Source: Styela clava (lineage: Eukaryota). Taken from it: a DNA stretch of 64,000 bases. Of the stretch, positions 11,563 through 25,693 are shown one piece after another. Made by a program: the position numbers and the translations under genes. Below the pieces are notes generated by a model. It had not been told where the DNA came from. It saw nothing but the letters and a program-made list of their open reading frames with translations, and ran no database searches. The stretch covers positions 12,958,001 to 13,022,000 of the forward strand of contig NC_135264.1 in assembly GCF_964204865.1 (NCBI RefSeq). The letters are read 5' to 3'. Within the stretch, counting starts at the first letter, position 1. Each line of letters starts with the position of its first letter.

Positions 11563-14500
11563 ATGAACCGAACAAACGGAATTCATATTGCCATTGGCAT
11601 GGTATATCTGGCAACCCTGGTAAAGACTGAGCAATGCAAAATTCCTTCACCAGCCGTAGAAGATATAGATGTTGATAAGGTAATATATATTTGTGTGTTG
11701 CTGTTTTTATATTATGCGTAGAGATGCAGTATATTCGCAAAGTTTGAGCAAACGGATTACCACTAAGAACTTAATCTAATTTACATATGACTGGACGAAT
11801 ATGGGGATATAAGTTGCATGTCCGCAGAGTATGCAAGAGTCATTTAAATGTAGTGAGTAACGCCATGTAGAACACAATTTCATGGCAGCCGCACAAGTCG
11901 TGTTACGTCCAATAAACACTAGTAACTCGTTAAATTTCGTTTTCTATTAAACGCTTTTCGATTGGTCTAGAACAGGGTTGTCCAGCCTTTTTGGCCAAAG
12001 GGCCACATTTAGTTTACGAATGATTGCGCGGGCCACTTGACATGGTTGTTATGTTCTAGCTTTTACTACACCGACTACTGATTATTAATGAAAAAACAAA
12101 CAAAACCATCGCACCAAAATTATGAAAACAATGAAAATACGAAGATACAGTTAGGTCAAAAGTTTTTACCACACATAGATATTTTAATGCCAAGTATGAC
12201 ACCGCTTTTATCCAGTAAGTTTGTCAATATTTGGTGCGATGGACGATGCAACCATGCATACCTAATTTTTCATATGACTATCAGAAATTAGTGATCTTGC
12301 GGGTGATTTGACTTGGTTCGTCCGCAAAAAAACTTGCTCGTACAAATAACTGCTGTCAAATATTAAGGTCTTAAAAACTGCGTCATCTAGCATCACAGAA
12401 AAAAAAAAAAAAAAAAACAGATTGAAATACAAGGCAGACGATAAAAAAACTTCAAACATCTCTCTCCAGCAATAACGCTCACAAAGGGACATAAATAAGA
12501 AATAAGCTTTCGAGAGCTGGGTGGTACTTCTCGAGTGTTTTAATGACAAGAAATAATTTTCTCATTAGAGGTTTCAATAATGGCCCATATTTGTGAAAGG
12601 CATTGTGATTCGAATAAAACCGCGCGGGCCACTCAGAAACTTCGGCGGGCCACGGGTTGGACGACCTTGGTCTAGAATCTCTAGACCAGTGGTTTTTAAA
12701 CTGGGGGGGCGCGCTTCCCAAGGTGGGCGTGAGAAGATCTCAAGAGGGGGGGGGGGGTCGAAAGGTCACAAGATGCCCATTTGAAATTCTATGCGTTATG
12801 GATGTTTTCCCAAGCTTTGATTTCCTTGTTTATGCCGTAACAAAGGCCAATAAGCAATAATCAACAGTGGCGATCAATCAGTGCGATCGTTCAGATTAAT
12901 ATTCGAGCATGGCTGTAATGTAAACATTAGCTCGTTTTATTATTTTATTTTGAGTGGTAATTGTCAGTTTTCAGTTGTGTTTCCACACAAGGATTGTCAC
13001 AACTCATAACGAACTGCTTGACTAAAAAAACATTATTTTAACAGAGCTATTTCATACGCTGTAAATTGCAAGAAATGCAGAAATTTCCCAATTATGTCGG
13101 TCACTATCGAAACTAAGAATGAAAACAATTAATTGACACAATTTGCTTTTAGATTTATTGCCGTGGCGCTCAAACCATCTCAACTGAGTTGAAATATAAG
13201 ATAATAATTGTAAAACATTTTCAATTAAAAACATCCTCGACGTGATATAAGCACTTCTTGTCGGAGCTAATTGGAATTCTTTCATGTCGACTGTGATTTA
13301 TTGCCTCGCACATAAGTCTGTCTTCGATTACAATAAAAACTAATTGTAAAATGTTTTAAATCAAAACGTTGGCGGCGGCGCTAGAATGTCTGGGCGATAT
13401 TGGGTATTCTTGTGAACGCGAAAAACGATATTCGAAGTTCGCGATATTAGAATATTAAATTCGAATTGGCCATCCCTGCGTTCACATGCATAATAACTGT
13501 TAAAAATTGAAATTCTTTTCTCTTTGCTGAAAATGTACATACATTCATTTGCACCACTTTATAAACAGTATTTTCAACCTGGTGCTTACAAGATTGTAAG
13601 CACGTCAGGAGGTATTGTTAGTTATTCTTCAAGACGTTAGGCAAGCCAAGAAATCTGTGATCGTTGTGTATTTTCAACACATGTTTTTTTGCATAGCTGA
13701 ATAGCGATGATATAAACAGTTGATTGAAGTTTTACGTGTGTTATGTAAACGTTTTGGCAAAAAATACATTGAAACGTTTTCAGCGCCATCTCAAATCAAA
13801 GCCCATTACAAAAACAGTTGGCATTTTTTTTTTTCAGAACAAAAAGGGGGGCGCGAAGTTTGAAAGATTTTCAAAGGGGGCGCAGCTCCAAAAGTTTAAG
13901 AACCACTGCTCTAGACGAACCTTTTCTAAAATAAGGGAAACACTGTTTTTCTATTACCAAGTGACACGTCCAATCGGGGTTAGAGTGTCATCCAAACTCT
14001 AGAGCAGTGGTTTTCAAAATCGTCGTTATTTTTCTCTCTCCGCCTATTTTGAGAGCTTTTGTCCCTCACCGTGCATAGAAATTACTTTATTTGTTGAATC
14101 GTTGCTCAAGTATGCTTGGTTTGAAAAGCTAAAACAAGAAAATCAAAAGGTTGAAGACAAGATGTAACTTACAGACTCGTAAGCCGTCATCGTCATCGAG
14201 GTTTCTAAATCCCGTCAAGGCAGTCGTAATTCACGCGAACATGACCTCACGACTCCGCAAACCGATAGCAAGCTAATATAGAGCCGAACGTATAATCACC
14301 CGTATGGCTCACAGAATTTCATATTATAAAATTTTTGTTACTACGGCTAACTACTGCTACGATCGCAGGTAAACAAATTATATATAATAAATAGCATTAA
14401 ATGTGTATCAATCTAATTTCAGTTTCCAGGAACATGGTACCAAGGTCTTCGTACAAACGATCCAGTAATGTCTGAAGATGTACTATGTTCAAAATTACAA

Positions 14501-16055
14501 AACTTTACAAAAACGAAGGAAGGTTGGAAAATGGTGGTAACGGAATACCATAAAAAGTACATATTGTCTTGCATTATTATTATGTTCATCAATGCCACAA
14601 TCTACTATCCCTATAATTATCGTCAAAAGTTTAACGATTAAAAGAATTTTTGATATTATGTTTAAAACTGTCTTACGTAGTTGCAAGATATTAAATTTAA
14701 AGTTGTGATTTATACACAAACGACAATTTCTTCAGGTTTATGTATCAAAGAAAGATAAATACTAATATTTATCTTTTCTATTCCAGTTCTCCGCCTGGTG
14801 TTTTTCCAGAACGAAACATAAAACAGCGCAAAGGAGTTTACACCATAAACAAAAAAGATGGTAAGATCTGAGAAATATAAGCTCAGTTGTTTGAATTGTA
14901 ATGTTCATATCAATCATCATTGTGCATTGTTTATATAGATCTTGGACTCATCAATTCTCAAACTTTAAGTGCCGATGGAGGATTTAATGAAGCCGCTGCA
15001 GCAATAGGTAACATTTTAGCATACGATTCAAAGTAGAAAGGGATATTTTCAAGCTTGTCCGTGGGAATGGGAATCGTTTCATGGGATGGGATGGGACAGC
15101 ACATATTTGTATTTCCTATTGGAAACGAACTACCATATGGTTTTGGGGGAAATGTTGGTAAAATATTTCGTTATGGACTTTCAGTTCATATATTTGAGCA
15201 TAGCTCTCTTGTTAGTTATAAAGAACAAAATATATATTCAGCAATAACAATATACTTTTTGAAGAGGCTGATGGACACATGCATAATAGTTATGAATCTA
15301 AAGTTCACAAATTAAGCGTTTTTTGTTATTTTGCATGTCCCATCGTACATTAGTCCTATTTATTAGACGCTAAACCTAAATTTAACAATTTTTATTGAAT
15401 TGTATTCCAATTGGAATCCTTTGGAATGGGGAGGGACAGGCATAAATTACTATGGGATGGGACAAAAAAATATGTCCCATGGACAAGCCTAGATATGTTT
15501 AATAGGTGTAGAGATTTTCATCCCAAGTATTTTGAAGCATTTGAATTACGTAAGTTGTATCTAGTGTGTGCTGAACGAAGTCAAGGCAAAATGACACGGT
15601 ATCTGTGATATTTTGTTCTGTGTGCAATTTGACGCTAATTATTATTTTTTTTTTTCTGATTGAATTGAATCAAACGAATTTGAATGCTGTAAAGATGATG
15701 CGCTTCTCAGTAGAGAACTTCTTCAACTGAGCGATTATAAAAACTACTTTATCACAGCTTTTTGCAGTTTAACAGGTGAGCAAATTTTTATGTTTCAACT
15801 CAATCTTAAATAAATTGTCACAATAAATTCAGTACGAAATACTATATATTTATGGCTGTGTATCAGTATTTTTATCACTCACAATATAGTGGAATATATA
15901 TTTTTTTGTCTTATGTTTCAGGTGAATGGATTGTTTGGGCTCATTTTCCAACACCAAATCCCGATGTTCGTCAAGTCAGTAAAATGTGGAATACTTTGAT
16001 TGATTACCGAATCGCAGTCAAATTGTATCCCTGCAAGAACATCGATTGGAAATAA
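11563..16055 (+). CDS. Lipocalin-like gene type B, copy B2, 202 aa; exons 11563-11679, 14423-14556, 14787-14860, 14939-15007, 15695-15775, 15922-16055
   Basis: In-frame GT-AG splicing; canonical SCR1 DKFPGTWYQ and SDY motif; intron 1 enlarged by MITEs. Confidence 0.87.
11973..12669. mobile_element. hAT-Charlie-like non-autonomous element
   Basis: Ends CAGGGTTGTCCAGCC / GGTTGGACGACCTTG; perfect 8-bp TSD gtctagaa. Confidence 0.88.
12687..13908. mobile_element. hAT-Charlie-like non-autonomous element
   Basis: Ends CAGTGGTTTTTAAACT / AGTTTAAGAACCACTG; perfect 8-bp TSD ctctagac. Confidence 0.88.
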
Positions 16056-18336
16056 CACGTTTTAAAAACGATCTTGTCAAAAACTACGAACAAATAACAC
16101 AATTACTACACAATAGTGATTTCTCCATATTCTAGATCTAATTCAGCATTTGTGTATTGTGGCCATTTTCACAACACAACGCAAGTACTTCTTAGTCGGT
16201 GTGGCAAAGCTATTTTTGCATATGTTATTCCTAACCCCAACTGACTACGTCATCAAAAAATTACGACACAGTAACGTAATAAGGCCCTCCAAACTATACT
16301 AACTGTCACCCAAGACGCGCAGACGATCATCCGAAATTGAGCAAGCCATTTCTCTCGTTTTCTCGTCGTAACGATCTCGATATGAGAGAGATCGCTGGCG
16401 TTGGTGAGTTCGTCATCGTTGGCAAAAATACCACTTCGGGCGATTGTAGCTATACTTTGGCAATCTCTTCGACGTGATTGTGAGTTCGTAGTGACGTAAT
16501 CTTCGGATGACGGAGCAAGGTGGGGGTTAGGAATAACATATATATGCAAAAATGATTGTGACACGCCGAAGAGAAGTTTTTACGCCGTTTAGTGAACATG
16601 CGCCATATATTGTAATATTATTCAGTAATATATTCCATAATAAAAAAGTAATAAAGTCTTCCTAATTAAACAGCTTAAATACCTGCTTTAGACCTTTTTC
16701 CTTAATCAAGCGTAGCTGCAGATGTAGCCAGATAATTACTATGAAGTACCTTGAAGGAACGAAATACGATGTGTTCGACAAATCCTCTCGATGTTTTTGA
16801 TCGCATTTTCTGATCGCATCAATAACAGAGAGGTATTAATTTAAGGTCTTCAAAATTCCAGCAAGTTTCTAAAATCGTTTTGCGACTTTATTGCGAATTA
16901 CAATTTTGTCCAATTAAAGTCGTGTTAAGCGGTGTGCGTTGTATGCAACACTCCAGCAAGAACTTGGCACAACTTTGCGCGGTCGACGAAAGATGGAATG
17001 AGATAATTAAAATTGTTTTATAAACTTAAGATAATGTCATGATCAGCTTTAGATTCAACTCTTTTATGGCTAATTCAAAAAACATTAGGTTGAGAGTATT
17101 TCCTTCAATTAATTTGGAAAGGAACCCGATCACGCTTTGCCGCATAAGAAGTTGAAAGCAACAAGCGCCATACAACGGATTCATATTTTTCCAAAGTGTT
17201 TAATTTTATCAAACAGATAATACCTCTCACTATTTTGAGCAGCATGAGAAGAGACTTATAATTCTGATAGCAAGTTTTGATACAGAAAGTGTTTTTTGAC
17301 GTACCAGTCTTTACCAATCAAAACATAGCGCAGTTTATTGTTATATAGAATGAAGCATTGCTTTAAAGACGGTATAACTTCTATATATGGCCCACATGTT
17401 CAAAACTTAGGATTCCCATATTTTTGGGATCTCAGAGCGGGACGCCTCCAAAGACCATAGCTGTGATTTTTGCACCTTTGAATTTAATATTGGGGTCCTA
17501 CATTTAAAACCATCCCGACCGTCATCATTGGCCATATTGTAATCGAAAGTTCATGCGCTGTCTGTCTAAATACCGGTTTCAGTTCGAAAAATAGAAATAA
17601 ATTTAGGTTAACGTTAAGCACCCTTTTGGCGTACGGGGCTTACGCGTAACAAAATGTATATCAATTAGCCGTTAACAAAACAACGAAACAAACAAGACCA
17701 CGCACCCACCTTCAGTAAGAAGGCTAACGGTACGCTACACAGCAACAACAGTATCAAGAACATTCTAATAGGTATTGTTCGTGTATTGTGCTGACTGGTT
17801 GAACGCCAAAGTGGGACATTTGGCTGACCTGTCGGGACACCGGGACAAGACGTTGAAAAGCGGGACTGTCCCGCCTAAAGCGGGACGTATGGTAAGCCTA
17901 TCAAAACTATCATTTTTATCCAAAGCAATAAACCCAGGGGAGGTCGCTACGCTACCAGCGAGGGGAAATGTAAGTAAAGAATTTCAGCAGTAAAAAGTGG
18001 ATGTTCAATTATGAGTTCGTAGGTACTTAATGCTAATTTTAGGCTAGTGCAGTGCTCCGCAACCTTTTTTAACTTGCTGCACACTGATAAAACTTGCCAA
18101 ATTTGACTGCACACCACAACAAACGAAAAATACAAGTTGTAACTTTGTTTTATGTTCATATAACAATGAGAGATTGGTGGTTGTTTTAATTGAGCACAAT
18201 CGCTCTATATTAGAATCATTACGTGACGCGCAATCAATTTTGCAACACGATTCTAATTGTTGCATCATTGTTAACCTAATGCTGATTTGTAATTGTTACA
18301 GATATAAAAAGGAAATCGATGCTGGGGGAAACATCC

Positions 18337-18440
18337 ATGAGAAAAGGAACCTAACAATAATAATTTATATTGCATTCGGCATAGTATATCTGGCAACCCC
18401 GTTAAATGCTGACCAATGCAAAATTCCTCCACCTTTAGAA
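18337..18440 (+). pseudogene. Second dead duplicate of lipocalin-B exon 1
   Basis: IYIAFGIVYLATPLNADQCKIPPPLE is out of frame with ATG AGA AAA GGA ACC TAA. Confidence 0.75.
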
Positions 18441-21246
18441 TGTGTATGTGAACATTCATTCATTGAATACATTTTGTGTTCAATAATATTATCTGATTTT
18501 GAGCATAAAAATTTTCTTTATATATATTTTATTAGTTTACAACTAGATTAACTTAGCCTTGATTTGGTTAGGTGAAAAAAATGAAATTCATAAATATATC
18601 AATATCCCTTTCATTATATCACTTTCATTGTAGCTACCATAACAAAGTGATATTACTCTTTTTCCTGATCGTTTGTCTGTGTGATTATGTAAGATGTAAA
18701 ATTATCGTCTTGTCTTATGATTTGCCGCAAGTTGCATTGATGGAACAAACTACCTCACTTTTTGCGTGCTTTACTGATCACCGGCGACATCTGTCGTACA
18801 GACAATAAATCGTAATGGGTTTCTATTCTTACTAACGTAGTGTGGCTAACTTGCACATGTCAGGTAAAAAGGCTAAGATTTCTCGGAATCGATGGTGGTC
18901 TTTGCGTGTTTTTTGCCCAGACAACCTGGGGTTTAGAAAATTTGTGAAGTAATCGAGAACGCAGAATGGTAAGCCACGCCCTGGGAATCATGTTTTACTT
19001 TATTTATTTATGCATAACGGCCTCCGACATTAGGGGAGACGTAGGGTGGTTGGAAAGCGTGCTACCTATAGTGGATGTTATTTTAAATCTCGACCTACGT
19101 GGTTCTATGATAGGTTGGATTAACATAAAGGACTTTCCGCTGATGTTAGGGCTAGGTGACACGTTTTTGGTATCTTTACTTTCATCGTCGATCACATGGC
19201 TGCTACTATGGGATAGAGATTGTTTTCAAGATAGGGATAAAATGGGTATGGTCGAAGTCGGAAAACCATACCGCTATGTCGCGTTATACAACGCCGTTTC
19301 TCGGTGGTAAGGTTTATTTACGTTTCGTACGTTGTCGCAACTGGCCTTAAATAGCGAGTAGAGTACTGGTTGACGTCTCGTCACATCATGGATTCCTATA
19401 TTGATTACGAGCGTGGGCGACACTGGAATTGTATGTTTACGTCTGCCGTCAAAACATTGGGGTTTCCCTCAATATGTCATCTCATTTAGACATATTAGGG
19501 TTGTTTTGGTCTAGTTGTCGAAAGGGTAATGAACAAACTCAAGCCTCGTTTTATACATAGCGGTTAGATGCCTGATGTAGTTTTTTGTCGCCTAGTTTGT
19601 TAGGATATTAATAAAAATGTTATGTCTATTTCTCCACTCACCTCAGCAATCACTGAGCGTAGTCGTTTGCCTTCTTCCATTCTGACTAGAAACTACTGCA
19701 AAGTAATCTATAATCCGTTTATATCCAAGCAATTTCAGTCATCCATTGGGATTCCAATACAATCTTTTTTGAAACTCATCTTCCTCATATTATCTAAAAG
19801 TCTAGTCTTCTGGTGGCCCCAACTGCCTTCTATCTGAAAACTTGATTGATTGGATCAGCACTTGGTTCAAACGCGATTTTTTCCGACAGCGACAATCACG
19901 CCGCCACCAACATAATTGATTCATATGTACAATTCGTGTTCAATGATAATAAACACTAGACAAAAACCATTTATAGTTTATTGAAATACGGTACTGACAC
20001 ACCAACGGTACAGTAATGTCTCAAAAAATTTGACGCTCAAAATAACAAAATTTTACGAAAACGAAAGGATGGAAGCATCAATAGCGAACATTATAAAAAA
20101 GATATGTTGCCATGTATTGTAAATAAAATGGAGGTACGTCAATATTTGTGGCATGAGTAAACAAGGGAGCAATGCTCAAATATATGGACACGAAAGCTGA
20201 AACAAAGTTGTACGGGTATACAACATGTCACTGTAGGCAGGGGCTCCCAAAGTTGAATGACCGGGGCCAAAATTAGAAGTGGAAGGATGGATATTCACGG
20301 GCCGCATGCAATCCTAACAACGGTACGTATAATTAAGAAACAGGTATAATTGAAGTGTTACGAATATACACGTGCTTAAACTGTGTTAATGACGTAACAA
20401 TTGACGGTATCTAGAACGCAAAAAATAAAAACAAATGGTTAAACTATTTCACTTGAGTTCGGTGGATCATATTAAATTGTTACGCGGGCCGTATTTGGTC
20501 CGAGGTTTGGAAACCACTGCTGTAGACTATCGGTACCGCAGTCTTGACGACTCCCCAATTCCCCTTACCACTTGATCGTGAACACGGAACCGCCACAAGG
20601 TGCGCAATTTTTAATTTTGATGACGGCATCGCATCCAAAAAACGAATCTCATAGAGCCCACAAACATTTCTGAAATGAAAAAAGGAATGCCTTTCTTGTG
20701 AAAAATACAGTCTTCAAACCTTGGCAATCTTGAAGTAATTGGTCCAGATTTTAATTTTCTAAACAGCGGGGAAATGAAGAAAATTCTAGCAATAACTACA
20801 ACAACATAATAACAAAACGGTCCATATGTGTACATTTTGTGTCCAATAACCTCATCCAATTTTGAGTAAGCCTGAACCGTGAGAGACGTTTGACAACAAA
20901 CTTCAAACATTCATTATTCCCGTTTACTTGCAATCTTGTGTACAAGCTTGCTGAAATATTCGAATGCTATAACTATATTCTATCTATTATATCTAAGCGG
21001 TTGTACTCGCAATATTTCATTCGAAAATTTTCCATTCTCGGTCTAAACAAAACATGTCACGTACCAGACTATTTCATCATAGCTTTGTGTGTACTGTTTA
21101 CCCACGTAATGTTTCCAACAGAGAGTACGAGAGACAAAATATATTGATATAACGTTGTAGCAAATGCATTAGGCTTAAAGTGCAGATGCATGCGAAGAGA
21201 ATTCAAACTAGAAATAATATATATTGTAAGGCGAAAGAATAAGAAA

Positions 21247-23148
21247 ATGAACCGAACAAATGGAATTCATATTGCCATTGGCATAGTATATCTGGCAACC
21301 CTGGTAAAAGCTGAGCAATGCCAAATTCCCACACCAATAGAAGATATAGATGTTGATGAGGTAATATATATATGACTGTTTTTATAATATGAAGTAGTAA
21401 TGAACATGAGTGTACACTCGCGAATTTACAATAAGGCCAAAAGCCCAATAAAGAAGTCTAAAAGTCGAATCACCGGTGACGAACGACATTGAAAAAAATA
21501 ATTGGTCACCATCCTAATTTCAGTTTCCAAAAACGTGGTACCAAGGTCTTCATACAAACGATCCAGTAATGTCTGAAGATGTCCTATGTTCGAAATTACA
21601 GAACTTCACCAAGACGAAAGAAGGATGGAAAACGATGATAACGGAATATCATAAGAAGTATATATATATATATATTATTTTGCATTCTCATTATGTTCAT
21701 CAATATCTTAAAAAAAGTTCAACGATTCTGGGCATTTTTGATAGATTGTTTAAAACTGTCTCCCGTAGTTCCAAGAAATTAATTTTCAATTCAAAATTGC
21801 ACACAAGTAATATGAAAATTTTTTTCAGGTTCATGTATCAAAAAAGAGAAATAACAATTCCAATCTTTCCAATTCTAGTTCTCCGCCTCATGTTTTTCCA
21901 GCACGAAACATAAGACAGCGCAAAGGAGTTTACACCTTCGACAGAAAATATGGTAAGATTAGAGAAATATAGGCCCCTGTAGTTTGATTAGGGTAATGAC
22001 CATATCAATCATCATCGTGTATTGTTTATATAGATCTTGGAATATTCACTTCTCAAACTTTAAGTTCCGATGGAGGATTTAATGAAGCCGCTGCAGCAAT
22101 AGGTAACATTTTAGCATACGATTTAAAGTAGAAAGAGATATTTTCAAGCTTGTCCGTGGGAATGGGAATCGTTCCATGGATGGGATGGGACAGCACATAT
22201 TTGTATTTCCCATGGGACACGAAATACCACATGGTTTTGGGGGAAATGTTGGTAAAATATTTCGTTATGGACTTTTAGTTCATATATTTGAGCATAGCTC
22301 TCTTGTTAGTTATAAAGAGCAAAATATATATTCAGCATTAACAATATACTTTTTGAAGAGGCTGATGGACACATGCATAATAGTTATGAATCTAAAGTTC
22401 ACAAATTAAGCGTTTTTTGTTATTTTGCATGTCTCATCGTACATTAGTCCTATTTATTAGACGCTAAACCTAAATTTAACAATTTTTATTGAATTGTATT
22501 CCAATTGGAATCCTTTGGAATGGGGAAGGACAGGCATAAATTGCTATGGGATGCGACAAAAAAATATGTCCCATGGACAAGCCTAGATATGTTTAATAGG
22601 TGTAGAGATATTCATCCCAAGTATTTTGAAGCATTTGAATTACGTAAGTTGTATCTAGTGTGTGCTGAACGAAGTCAAGGCAAAATGACACGGTATCTGT
22701 GACATTTTGTTTTGTGTGCAATTTGACGCGAATTATTTTTTTTTTTTTCTAATTGAATTGAATCAAACGAATTTGAATGCTGTAAAGATGATGCGCTTCT
22801 CAGTAGAGAACTTCTTCAACTGAGCGATTATAAAAACTACTTTATCACAGCTTTTTGCAGTTTAACAGGTGAGCACATTTTTATGTTTCGACTCAATCTT
22901 AAATAAATTGTCACAATAAATTCAGTACGAAATACTATATATTTATGGCTGTGTATCAGTATTTTTATCACTCACAATATAGTGGAATATATATTTTTTT
23001 GTCTTATGTTTCAGGTGAATGGATTGTTTGGGCTCATTTTCCAACACCAAATCCCGATGTTCGTCAAGTCAGTAAAATGTGGAATACTTTGATTGATTAC
23101 CGAATCGCAGTCAAATTGTATCCCTGCAAGAACATCGATTGGAAATAA
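21247..23148 (+). CDS. Lipocalin-like gene type B, copy B3, 201 aa; exons 21247-21360, 21524-21657, 21879-21952, 22034-22102, 22788-22868, 23015-23148
   Basis: In-frame GT-AG splicing with the same exon sizes as B1 (114/134/74/69/81/134). Confidence 0.85.
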
Positions 23149-25475
23149 CACGTTTTAAAAACGATCTTGTCAAAAACTACGAACAAATAACACAATTACT
23201 ACACAATATTGATTTCTCCATATTCTAGATCTAATTCAGCATTTGTGTATTGTGGCCATTTTCACAACACAACGCAGGTACTTCTTAGTCGGTGTGGCAA
23301 AACTATTTTTGCATATGTTATTCCCAACTGACCACGTCATCAAAAAATTACGACACAGTAACGTAATAAGGCCCTCCAAACTATACTAACTGTCATCCAA
23401 GACGCGCAGACGATCATCCAAAATTGAGCAAGCCATTTCTCTCGTTTTCTCGTCGTAACGATCTCGATATGAGAAAGATCGCTGGCGTTATTGAGTTCGT
23501 TATCGTTGGCAAAAATGCCACTTCGGGCGATTGTAGCTATACTTTGGCAATCTTTTCGACGTGATTGTGAGTTCGTAGTGACGTAATCTTCGGATGACGG
23601 AGCAAGGTGGGGGTTAGGAATAACATATGCAAAAATGATTGTGACACGCCGAAGAGAAGTTTTTACGCCGTTTAGTGAACATGCGCCATATATTGTAATA
23701 TTATTCAGTAATATATTCCATAATAAAAAAGTAATAAAGTCTTCCTAATTAAACAGCCTAAATACCTGTTTTAGAACTTTTTCCTGAATCAAGCGTAGCT
23801 GCAGATGTAGCCAGATAATTAGCTTTAGATTCAACTCTTTTATGGCTAATTCGAAAAACATTAGGTTGAGAGTATTTCCTTCAATTAATTTGGAAAGGAA
23901 CCCGAACACGCTTTGTCGCAGGAGAAGTTGAAAGCTGCAAGCGTCATATCACGAAAGCATATTTTTTCATAGTGTTTAATTTTATCAAACAGATAATACC
24001 TCTCATTATTTTGGGCAGCATGAGAAGAGACTTATAATTCTAATAGCAAGTTTTAATACAGAAAGTGTTTTTGACGTACGAATCTTCGCACGTTCATTGT
24101 TATATAGAATAGAGCATTGCTTTAAAGACGGTATAACTGAAATACAGGTGATTCCTCACGATCTAACACAAAACGCAATTTGTGGGTATACTTCACACAC
24201 AACTTTAAATTAGAAATAAAAAGACAGTGAAATAAACTTTGACCCCACGTAAAATAAATAATTGAAAAACCTTTTCCAAGTCAATGGATTCTTATCACTG
24301 TCTACGTCAACTGTACTTAAAAACCTATGTCAATATTCGCCCAAAGGGTTTATTTTTATTATGAGGATATTACCGCCCTTCCTAGACATGACATAAGATC
24401 ACATGATACAGAACAATTAGTTTATATTCAATGTTTGCGTATGAAAGATAGAGAGTGCTTTTATATATTAAAAACTCGACAAAAACAATTTCTTCACCAT
24501 CTGTTCTGGAAGAAATTTTTGAATTCGTAGTAACGATGTGGAAGTAGCAAATATTGGTATTAAAGTTGGAGAAGAGGTGAAAATTCGAAGTGTAATATTA
24601 GAATAAATAGAAAACAATGTCAATTTAAATTTTTTATCATATATTGGAATATTTAATCGGACGCACAAGGTGTTTTTGTATTTTCAGCATATATTAACCA
24701 AATCTAATTGCTCTTTTCAATTTATTATCATAACGAACCAAAGTGCAATTGACCTATTCTGATTTGGTCTAGTCTAGACATCTTGAATATTTTATTTTCC
24801 GCGGAAAGACAAACGACAAAGAGGTCCGAACCTTACATAGTATGTAAATTAGTAAATATTATTTTTTAATTAAATTGAAAAACTTTCTGTGGAAATATAT
24901 TTTATAACATCATTTTGATATAAATATATAAATTCTTTCATGTATACTTATACTGCGATAAATATATACTTACAAAAAATATTTATCAGACTATCAAATC
25001 GATTAGATATAACAAGAAAATAATATTAATAAGAAAAGAAAAGTAAAAATAGAATATTAGTCTATATAGCCTACATAAGCTGAGAGAAAAGTTGAGACAT
25101 ACAAAAGCTCCTGAACGCAATACATAAAATAGTATGCACTGTTCAATTTAAACTAGAGAATATAGAATATAAATTATTTTTCTTATAAATAGAGGGATCA
25201 AAAATAAAAAAAACTCAAATGACTTTTAGTTTTGCAAGTTATTTGTGACACTTTGTTTATGACAAAGCCACGTGTTTAAACTATGAAATAACTGCGTGCT
25301 ACCGCCGAGCCGCAAAGCTTTTTAATAGAATTTTCACAGGCTTGTTTAGGTATTACAGAAAATGAGTTACTAGATTCACTAGAAGGTAAAAGGAAGTTGA
25401 GCATAGCTGACATATGAAGTGATGCACACACGGCAACGATGTTAATAAACATGAGGTTCAACAGTTGTATTTGAC

Positions 25476-25693
25476 GGTGACCGTACATTTGAACCCACAT
25501 ACATTTGAACTCATACATTTGCACCCGTATATCCGCGGGTTCAATCTATATGCGGGTGCTAAAATCCATGGGTTAGGGTTAGTCTGGTTTCAAATATATA
25601 TATAAATTCAATAGGTGCAATAGTATGCAGGTGCAATTATCGTGAGTTCAAATTACGGGTTCAAATGTACGTGGGTTCAAATGTAATGGAACC
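25476..25693. mobile_element. MULE-like MITE (same family as 6209-6410)
   Basis: GGTGACC...GGAACC with perfect 9-bp TSD gtatttgac. Confidence 0.88.

Larger units (their letters stand above)
18251..24138 (+). repeat. Segmental duplication unit C (contains lipocalin B3)
   Basis: 18251-18503 matches 10940-11173; 18505 to about 22230 matches unit A; about 22240-24138 matches about 15145-17379, with a 0.3-kb deletion at 23820. Confidence 0.88.
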
